Shown here piece after piece: positions 26,423-32,000 of a DNA stretch of 32,000 nucleotides. The notes beneath the pieces are model-generated. The model ran no database searches. It was not told where the DNA came from and saw only the letters and a list, made by a program, of their open reading frames with translations. The stretch comes from Megasphaera elsdenii DSM 20460 (GTDB taxonomy: Bacteria; Bacillota; Negativicutes; Veillonellales; Megasphaeraceae), in assembly GCF_003010495.1 (NCBI RefSeq), contig NZ_CP027570.1:1440001-1472000 (forward strand). Direction: 5' to 3'. Every line of letters begins with the position of its first letter. Position 1 is the stretch's first letter. Position numbers and translations under genes: made by a program.

Positions 26423-26914
26423 ATGGACAGAAGCGAACAGACCAAGAAAAATCAGGCCATCAATTTGTATACGTGGGGCTTAGAACTCCTCTCTGACGGC
26501 GGCCACGTCCGAGATGCCGATAAAGTGGGCTGGATGCTGATAGAAAATGCAGCCACCCAGGGCGACCGAGACGCTCAGAACTATTTAGGCGATGCCTATT
26601 TTTACAGTTACAAAAAAGATGAAAAAGCCGCCTTTTGGTACACCAAAGCCGCCGAACAAGGCCTGCCGGAAGCCCTGGCTATGCTGGGGATGTTGTATCT
26701 CCTCGGCCGTGGCGTAACACGGGACTATATCAAAGCACGCCAATACTTTGAACAAGCCTTACAAGACAACGAAGTAAATGTCGAAGCCGCTGTGGCCCAA
26801 TACTGGCTGGGCCAGATGTATAAAGAAGGCATCGGTGTTCCGAAAGACAGCGAAAAAGGCGAAAAACTGATATACCTGGCCGCCATAAACGGTTATGCAC
26901 CCCGTGGAAAATAA
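26423..26914 (+). CDS. Sel1-repeat (TPR-like) protein
   Basis: Track ORF 26399-26914. ATG 26423 follows AGGAGGGA. The repeats are AATQGDRDAQNYLGDAYFY..., AAEQGLPEALAMLGMLYLLGRGVTRDYIKARQYFEQA and YWLGQMYKEGIGVPKDSEKGEKL. Confidence 0.85.
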   Translation: MDRSEQTKKNQAINLYTWGLELLSDGGHVRDADKVGWMLIENAATQGDRDAQNYLGDAYFYSYKKDEKAAFWYTKAAEQGLPEALAMLGMLYLLGRGVTRDYIKARQYFEQALQDNEVNVEAAVAQYWLGQMYKEGIGVPKDSEKGEKLIYLAAINGYAPRGK

Positions 26915-27086
26915 GTGAGCGCAGGTCGCCGGTCGCCTCGGAATCAGATGCGGCTTTGCCGCAACAAACTCAAACTGACAACGGCGCTTCGGGAAACCCT
27001 CAGTGCGTAGCGGGCCGCCCGTCGTTGCCATTCGTCCAGGTAACCGTTCTGTACTTGACGTGTTAGGATATTTGGGCGGCCCCTCG
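26915..27086. repeat. GC-rich repeat block ending exactly at the left edge of the AT-rich island
   Basis: 26921-26972 matches 25982-26033 at 44 of 52 positions (hand alignment). GCGGGCCGCCC and GGGCGGCCCCTCGTATC are REP-like fragments. Confidence 0.7.
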
Positions 27087-27090
27087 TATC

Positions 27091-28710
27091 ATGATATATG
27101 GTATTTACAATGCAGGTAAAAGCAGTATCATCAATGAACTTATTCGTGAAGATAAAGCGAAAGTACAGGATATACCGACGACTGATAGCGTGGATTCTTA
27201 TGAATGGAATGGATACACCATTGATGACACACCGGGAGTTGGTGCTCCGATGAAACATGAAGAAGTAACTCAGGCACATTTAAAGCGAGCTGATATCGTG
27301 CTTTTTGTGATGAGTACGACTGGAGCTAATGAATTAAAACAAAATTATGAGCGAATGAAAGATATTGTAGATGCTGGTAAAAAACTAATTATTGTTTTAA
27401 ATGATAAAAATAGTGATTTAGAAACTAATGACAATGCGATTCAACTGATTAAGATGAAAGTTATCGAACACATGGAACAAGTCGGGATAGGGCAAGCTAA
27501 CGCTAACTATCATTTTGTTGTTGTCAATGCTCGCAGAGCTCATAAGGGAAGAATTGAGGATAAAATTCGCTTGTGGCAAAAGTCCCACATGGAAGAGTTA
27601 GAGCAGGTAATGCTTACAGAATTAAAACGGGCGGGTGGCTTTGAAGTTCTACAAAGAGCTATTCGGGATGTGGAACATTATATGGAACAAGCCATTGGCA
27701 TGCTGAGTAAAGTAGAAGGAGATAAACAGATAGAAGTACTTCATGAGGTTCTGGTCAATCTTCAAGAAAAAGGGAAACAAATGAAAGAAAACTTGAACCG
27801 AACAATCACTCTTGGCACTCAGCATTTAGGGACTACCTTACCGCAATTGATTTGGAATGAAAGTCAGCAAGGAGAAAAGAATGTCGAAGAGGACGTTGTA
27901 AATCAATTAATTAAAAAACATGAATCGCAGCTCATTGAAAAGATAGACAAAGAGCTATCTTTTCAATTTGAAAATATATGCCACGATGTGTCTGACTTAT
28001 TACAAGAACAATTAGAAGCTAATGTTTTGAAGGATTCACAAAATTTGCATTGTGTAGAAGTAGAAAAGGGAGGCGTGCAAGAATCTTCTTTGCAGGAAGT
28101 ATTAAATAAAGTACAGGAAATTTGCAATGCTGAAAATGCCATTACTGCCGGGAATTTTGATTCCTCTGAAGTAGATACCAACATTGGAGAAGATGTACTA
28201 AAGGCAGTTGCTAAAGGGAAGGCATTGGGCGAAATCGGTAATAGTGTAGGAAAAGCTTTGTTAGGTACGCAGCTGGGATCTATTTTGGGTAAATCAACGT
28301 TAGGGAAATTGATTCTTCCTTGGTTTCCGCCGGCTGAGGTTATCATGACTATTGTAGGTATTGCTCAACTCTTATTTGGTGATCATGGCGAAGCTAAACG
28401 AAAGCAGCAAGAAGCTGAAATGCAAAATGAAAGAATGCGACAAATCGCAGTAGCCAAACAACAAGCCAGAGAACAGTTACAGCAAAATTTTCAATATTAT
28501 GCGGATGACATGAGAAATAAATTATTAGCAGCTGTATTTTCTAATATTGAATTACGTATGAAAATTTTGAGAGAACCAGTTGTAACAGAGATTCAGCAAT
28601 TAAAATCAGATACAAAATCTCTAATGACAGATATTGATCAAATGCACCACTTATTAAATGGTTGTGAAGAATTACGTTGTCAAATAACAGATAATAAGCA
28701 GATTTGCTAA
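27091..28710 (+). CDS. dynamin-like / HSR1-type P-loop GTPase with C-terminal glycine-rich hydrophobic hairpin and coiled coils (possibly 5'-truncated)
   Basis: G1 is GIYNAGKSS at residues 4-12, G3 is DDTPG, and an NKxD-like LNDKNSD is present. A long helical middle region is followed by GKALLGTQLGSILGKSTLGKLILPWFPPAEVIMTIVGIAQLLFG, then a Q/E/K/R-rich coiled coil. There is no SD before the ATG, and only 3 residues precede the P-loop glycine. Confidence 0.75.
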   Translation: MIYGIYNAGKSSIINELIREDKAKVQDIPTTDSVDSYEWNGYTIDDTPGVGAPMKHEEVTQAHLKRADIVLFVMSTTGANELKQNYERMKDIVDAGKKLIIVLNDKNSDLETNDNAIQLIKMKVIEHMEQVGIGQANANYHFVVVNARRAHKGRIEDKIRLWQKSHMEELEQVMLTELKRAGGFEVLQRAIRDVEHYMEQAIGMLSKVEGDKQIEVLHEVLVNLQEKGKQMKENLNRTITLGTQHLGTTLPQLIWNESQQGEKNVEEDVVNQLIKKHESQLIEKIDKELSFQFENICHDVSDLLQEQLEANVLKDSQNLHCVEVEKGGVQESSLQEVLNKVQEICNAENAITAGNFDSSEVDTNIGEDVLKAVAKGKALGEIGNSVGKALLGTQLGSILGKSTLGKLILPWFPPAEVIMTIVGIAQLLFGDHGEAKRKQQEAEMQNERMRQIAVAKQQAREQLQQNFQYYADDMRNKLLAAVFSNIELRMKILREPVVTEIQQLKSDTKSLMTDIDQMHHLLNGCEELRCQITDNKQIC

Positions 28711-28797
28711 ATTATTATGTCATCCTTTAGAATACGAGAAAAGTAAATGAATATGTTTTTTGTCTTATAGTATTCTCCCTCCCTGGAAGATAAAATG

Positions 28798-28826
28798 TCT
28801 TGTGGGGGGGATTTTTATGCTATAAT
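28798..28826 (+). promoter_or_regulatory. candidate promoter of the 92-aa/rSAM operon with a G7 homopolymer in the spacer
   Basis: TG-extended -10 (TGCTATAAT; TATAAT at 28821-28826). The -35 is weak (TCTTGT/TTGTGG around 28798-28805). GGGGGGG occupies 28804-28810. Confidence 0.45.
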
Positions 28827-28862
28827 TGGTGCAAATAGAAAACGTGGAAGAAGGTAATCTAA

Positions 28863-29141
28863 ATGCCATTTTATAGTAATGCTGAATTTGCGGAAAAATT
28901 TGTTGAAGAAGTCATGCATTGGTATTGTAGTGATGATCACAGCAATACACAAGAAGAAGTTGCGAGACGTATGACTGATAAATATCATGTTGAATTTACA
29001 GTTAATGATATTAGAGAAATTACACAGTCTACTGGATTTTCTCATCGTATAAAACCGGAAAATTCTAGTAAACAGATAGTCCTACGATTGAGTAAAAATT
29101 TGCGTGATAAAATTGATAAGGCTAATCCACAAAAAAGCTAA
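28863..29141 (+). CDS. hypothetical 92-aa protein, possible small DNA-binding/regulatory protein
   Basis: Track ORF with a GAAGG SD. TQEEVARRMTDKYHVEFTVNDIREI is HTH-like, and the C-terminal KQIVLRLSKNLRDKIDKA resembles an RHH beta-strand/helix start. This assignment is weak. Confidence 0.6.
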   Translation: MPFYSNAEFAEKFVEEVMHWYCSDDHSNTQEEVARRMTDKYHVEFTVNDIREITQSTGFSHRIKPENSSKQIVLRLSKNLRDKIDKANPQKS

Positions 29142-29179
29142 TCTACCAAGTTGTTAAATGTTTACATGGAGGAAGTTTG

Positions 29180-30490
29180 ATGGGAATTAGCATAAGGTTG
29201 AACCAAGATATTTTTTATCGTAAATATGATAACAGTTATTATGTTTGGTCAACTTATAATCAAAGCGTTCAAACAGTCAATGAAATGGCGTTTGACATTA
29301 TTTCTAATTTGACTAAATCTTATATGCAAGACGATGAATTAATTGATAAATTAGCTTCGATTTATGATTTAACAACTGAAGACATTCAATGTATACTTGA
29401 TTTTTTATATGAATTAGAACGCATGAATATTGTTACAATAAAGGAAGACAATATCAGGCAGGGGTCTCCCGGAGATTTGAGTAACGAAATTGTTCGTTTA
29501 ACGGCAGAAAATCATCTTCTATATCAGGTCATGATTGAACTGACTTATGATTGTAATGAACGGTGTAAACACTGCTATGTAGAAACTTTTGATAAAAAAC
29601 AAAAACTTACTACATCAGAAATTTTTAATATTATTGATCAACTCAATGAAATGAATGTAGCTGATGTGGCTTTTAGTGGTGGTGATGTTTTTACTCGTCC
29701 TGATACCTTGGATATCCTTCAGTATGCTGTTGATAGTAATTTAATGGTAACAGTATTTACTAATGGCATAGCGTTGACAGATGATATGATAGAACGTATG
29801 TCGAAAATGGGATTAAAATGCGTCCACTTTAGTATATATGGAAGTAACGCTGAAACTCATGACGGTATTACAGGCGTACATGGATCATTTCAAAAGACAA
29901 TGCATTCCTTAAAAAATTTTAAAGCATTAGGCACTCCTGTCAATATGAAAGTTGTTTTAATAAAAGACAATATTCAAGAATATGATAATATTATGAACAT
30001 GGCTCAAGCCTTGGGAATCACGACACAGGTATCGACCAGTATCAGGCCAACTATGATAGGTGATAAAAGGCCAACTTTTCTTAGGGCTGATTTAGAAGAT
30101 ATTAAATATGTTATGCAACAAGAAGAAATTAAGCATCCTGAAGATAAAAATGTTTCTATTAATTTGAAACCTCAGACGATTTGCAATGCAGGTTTTAATT
30201 CCTTGACGATTAACCCTTACGGAGAAGTTTTTTTATGTATTTCTTTTGGGAAAAGCCTCGGCGATTTGAGAACAGAAAAGTTAGAAAATATATGGCATCA
30301 TTCTCCGATATTAAAAAAATGGAGACAATATAGATTTAAGGATATAGAGAAATGTTCTACTTGCGATTTATTGCAATATTGTAATTTCTGTCCTTCACAA
30401 GCTTACTTAGAAAATGGTGGGAATTGGCATAAGGCTTATGATGAGGCTTGCAAACTTGCAGCTCTTCAAAAGACAATTCTTAATCATTAA
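29180..30490 (+). CDS. radical SAM / SPASM-domain peptide-modifying enzyme with N-terminal RRE (PqqD-like) region
   Basis: GGAGGA lies 6 nt before ATG 29180. The CX3CX2C motif sits in ELTYDCNERCKHCYVE, with FSGGDVF also present. The C-terminal SPASM pattern is CNAG...GEVFLC...CSTCDLLQYCNFCPSQAY. About 105 N-terminal residues precede the rSAM core (YKLNESA-type: FYRKYDNSYYVWSTYNQSVQTVNEMAFDII). Confidence 0.85.
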   Translation: MGISIRLNQDIFYRKYDNSYYVWSTYNQSVQTVNEMAFDIISNLTKSYMQDDELIDKLASIYDLTTEDIQCILDFLYELERMNIVTIKEDNIRQGSPGDLSNEIVRLTAENHLLYQVMIELTYDCNERCKHCYVETFDKKQKLTTSEIFNIIDQLNEMNVADVAFSGGDVFTRPDTLDILQYAVDSNLMVTVFTNGIALTDDMIERMSKMGLKCVHFSIYGSNAETHDGITGVHGSFQKTMHSLKNFKALGTPVNMKVVLIKDNIQEYDNIMNMAQALGITTQVSTSIRPTMIGDKRPTFLRADLEDIKYVMQQEEIKHPEDKNVSINLKPQTICNAGFNSLTINPYGEVFLCISFGKSLGDLRTEKLENIWHHSPILKKWRQYRFKDIEKCSTCDLLQYCNFCPSQAYLENGGNWHKAYDEACKLAALQKTILNH

Positions 30491-30516
30491 AGAATAATCG
30501 AAAGGAGGGAGCGTCA

Positions 30517-30639
30517 ATGAAAGATAAAAAGAAATTTGTAAATCCTAAGATTATGAGTAAAACTAAATATCGTACTGCACAAAGCAGACCTTGTGCTCAT
30601 AATTTCAGCAATTGTACGTATAATCTGTATGTTAATTGA
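30517..30639 (+). CDS. candidate RiPP precursor peptide A (40 aa): MKDKKKFVNPKIMSKTKYRTAQSRPCAHNFSNCTYNLYVN
   Basis: Hand-translated and below the track cutoff. AAAGGAGGGAG lies 6 nt before the ATG, 27 nt after the rSAM stop. It aligns without gaps to peptide B. Confidence 0.7.
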   Translation: MKDKKKFVNPKIMSKTKYRTAQSRPCAHNFSNCTYNLYVN

Positions 30640-30656
30640 TGTAAGGAGAGATTATT

Positions 30657-30776
30657 ATGGAACAGAAGAAACAATTTTGTTTACCCAAAGCTTCTGCAGC
30701 GCAAAAATATGATATTGTTGTTGGAGCACGGTGTGCTCATTATATGACACATTGTAGTCACGCTAATACCAACTGA
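30657..30776 (+). CDS. candidate RiPP precursor peptide B (39 aa): MEQKKQFCLPKASAAQKYDIVVGARCAHYMTHCSHANTN
   Basis: Hand-translated. TAAGGAGAG lies 7 nt before the ATG. It shares M1, K4, K5, F7, P10, K11, K17, Y18, C26, A27, H28 and C33 with peptide A at identical positions. The DNA tgtgctcat is identical in both. Confidence 0.7.
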   Translation: MEQKKQFCLPKASAAQKYDIVVGARCAHYMTHCSHANTN

Positions 30777-30801
30777 TATATGTACTAATCATAGAAATAA
30801 T

Positions 30802-30845
30802 GACCATGAGCTTACGATTTTTTGTTATAAGCTCATGGTTTTTTA
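30802..30845 (+). terminator. rho-independent terminator after the precursor genes
   Basis: GACCATGAGCTTA (30802-30814) pairs with TAAGCTCATGGT (30828-39), followed by TTTTTT. Confidence 0.8.
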
Positions 30846-30879
30846 TCATATATTTTTGAAAAAGAGAAGGGAGAATAAT

Positions 30880-31188
30880 ATGGATCCGTATATTGTTACT
30901 GAGCAAGTAATAGACCTTATTATCGAACAATTGGCCCCAAGTGCCGATGAAATAGACAATATTCGGTTAGATACATGTTTGGTGGGTGATTTAGGCGCCG
31001 ATTCATTAGATATAGTAGAACTTACGGGAGCATTTATGGAAACTTTTGATATTTTCATTTCAGATGAAGAAGTTCGATCACTTGTATATAAAGATTACAT
31101 GGGTTCAGATATAGAAATACAGAGTTTTTTAGGTCTTATTATGTATAAAATAGAAGAAAGGGAAAGGCTTGAAAAAGAAGAAAAATAA
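30880..31188 (+). CDS. acyl/peptidyl carrier protein-like protein (102 aa)
   Basis: Track ORF 30835-31188. ATG 30880 follows AAGGGAG. It has the carrier-protein signature LVGDLGADSLDIVEL, with the DSL phosphopantetheine serine in a helix II context. Confidence 0.7.
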   Translation: MDPYIVTEQVIDLIIEQLAPSADEIDNIRLDTCLVGDLGADSLDIVELTGAFMETFDIFISDEEVRSLVYKDYMGSDIEIQSFLGLIMYKIEERERLEKEEK

Positions 31189-31237
31189 TTAGGGCTGATG
31201 AAAAAAATGATATAATATAAATAGATGGCATGGTGAA

Positions 31238-31273
31238 GGTATTGGATAATATTGAAAAATATTATCCAATACC
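31238..31273. repeat. perfect 16-bp-stem inverted repeat with GAAA loop (terminator or protein-binding site)
   Basis: GGTATTGGATAATATT gaaa AATATTATCCAATACC, read directly. Only a weak T-run follows it. Confidence 0.6.
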
Positions 31274-31346
31274 TATTTGTGATATTCGAATTTAATAGCG
31301 GGCCTTTATATTTATGATTTAGGTTTTCGAAGATGCTTTGCATGAG

Positions 31347-31368
31347 ATTCACAATAATTATTGTGAAT
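31347..31368. promoter_or_regulatory. perfect 22-bp palindrome ATTCACAATAATTATTGTGAAT (candidate operator upstream of ecsC-like gene)
   Basis: Read directly. It lies 74 nt upstream of ATG 31442. Confidence 0.4.
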
Positions 31369-31441
31369 GACAGAATTTGTCGTCATCATCTGCTATGATA
31401 TAGGTAAAGGAAGAATTTAGATGTTAGGGTAAGGTGATATT

Positions 31442-32000
31442 ATGGATGTAACGGCTATGGGAAAAGCTTTGTCAATGTCTTATGATAAGGCCCTCAGCGG
31501 CATTGCCGGTATGAAGGGCGCCGAGGCGTTGGCGGCGGAATATATGGCGACTGGCGATGATTTGGAGAAACAGGTGGATATGTTGATCCGCAATCAGGTC
31601 ATCAAGTGCGGTGCATCTGGCTTTTTGACGAGTTTAGGCGGCGCTATTACGCTGCCCGTGGCTTTGCCGGCCAATGTCCTCAGTGTGCTGTATATGCAGC
31701 TTCAGATGATTGCGGCCATTGCTCATATGGGCGGCTATGATTTGCAGAGCGACCGCGTGCGGACGCTGGTCATCGCCTGTCTTTGCGGCAACCAGCTCAA
31801 GGAAGTCTTGAAACAGGCTGGCATCAAGGTGGGGACGACGTTGACGGCTAAGGCGATTCAACGGTTGTCGGCAGTACTCTTCAACCGCATTAATCGGACG
31901 GTTACGATGCGTTTGTTGTCGCGTTTCGGGACGAAGAGCGCCATTAATTTAGGGAAGGCCATTCCCCTCGTTGGCGGTCTGATTGGCGGCGGCTTCGATG
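31442..32000 (+). CDS. EcsC-family protein (N-terminal part; continues beyond the window)
   Basis: Hand translation: MDVTAMGKALSMSYDKALSGIAGMKGAEALAAEYM...GFLTSLGGAITLPVALPANVLSVLYMQLQMIAAIAHMGGYDL...GKAIPLVGGLIGGGFD. It is open to the window end, and G+C returns to the core level. AAGGTGA SD. Confidence 0.7.
   Translation, partial: MDVTAMGKALSMSYDKALSGIAGMKGAEALAAEYMATGDDLEKQVDMLIRNQVIKCGASGFLTSLGGAITLPVALPANVLSVLYMQLQMIAAIAHMGGYDLQSDRVRTLVIACLCGNQLKEVLKQAGIKVGTTLTAKAIQRLSAVLFNRINRTVTMRLLSRFGTKSAINLGKAIPLVGGLIGGGFD

Larger units (their letters stand above)
27087..31440. other. AT-rich genomic island (probable horizontal acquisition) carrying GTPase, small DNA-binding-like protein, rSAM/SPASM maturase, two precursor peptides and an ACP-like protein
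   Basis: Composition changes abruptly at both edges: 16/60 G+C in line 29221 against 39/60 in line 17041. Codon usage shifts to A/T-ending codons. No integrase or transposase is visible. Confidence 0.75.

Noticed and set aside
27055-27092. TTGACG at 27055-27060 as a -35 element for the GTPase gene
   Set aside because: There is no acceptable -10 hexamer at 16-19 nt spacing; the candidates lie 3, 6, 24 or 26 nt away. No promoter is called.
27091-27103. Possible direct repeat or target-site duplication flanking the island: ATGATATATGGTA at 27091 versus ATGATATAGGTA at 31395-31406. Also TGTTAGGATA at 27061 versus TGTTAGGGTA at 31422.
   Set aside because: The repeats are short, AT-rich and imperfect, and the two motif pairs occur in swapped order. 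A chance match in AT-rich DNA cannot be excluded without comparison to an empty site.
28815-29045. Minus-strand 76-aa ORF, and 31095-31352(-) 85-aa ORF, inside the island
   Set aside because: They overlap better-supported plus-strand genes (the 92-aa protein and the ACP-like protein). They have low-complexity I/F/N-rich translations typical of AT-rich antisense frames, and no SD.

Overview
This window looks like a Negativicutes/Firmicutes-type chromosome segment (Megasphaera-like by gene content; that attribution is inference). Spot G+C counts on single 60-nt lines give about 65% at line 17041, against about 27% inside the island at line 29221. Most of the window is core genome. It holds a DEAD-box helicase (partial), two coupled membrane proteins, a PotE-like antiporter and two tandem thiolase paralogs. 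It also holds the L20-leader/infC(ATT start)-rpmI-rplT operon, an MFS transporter, an aminotransferase and two tandem tRNA-Ile(GAT) genes that each have their own promoter. Further along are a walJ-like MBL hydrolase, an HtrA protease and rlmH, then a ZTP (pfl) riboswitch in front of an AICARFT-only purH-like gene, and a molybdopterin oxidoreductase. After these come ylxM-ffh-rpsP-KH-ylqD-rimM-trmD plus a SPOUT-like gene, yebC, a DUF1858/unknown/hemerythrin cluster and a Sel1-repeat protein. The most interesting region is an AT-rich island of about 4.3 kb (about 27087-31440) inserted between the Sel1 gene and an EcsC-family gene. The island encodes a dynamin-like P-loop GTPase with no visible SD and a minimal N-terminus, and a 92-aa putative DNA-binding protein. 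It also encodes a radical-SAM/SPASM enzyme with an N-terminal RRE-like domain. Immediately downstream of that enzyme are two small ORFs of 40 and 39 aa with strong SDs, too short to be listed in the ORF track. They align without gaps and share a KK.F..PK.....KY.......CAH....C pattern. A terminator and an orphan ACP-like protein follow. I read this as a cryptic, apparently uncharacterised RiPP (sacti-/ranthipeptide-like) locus on a horizontally acquired island. A second unexplained signal is a dense family of intergenic composite repeats. Each combines GT-rich and AC-rich arrays with 7-nt periodicity, a TTTTAAATTTAAAA palindrome and a conserved 25-nt GCGACA-type terminator hairpin, alongside GC-rich REP-like hairpins.
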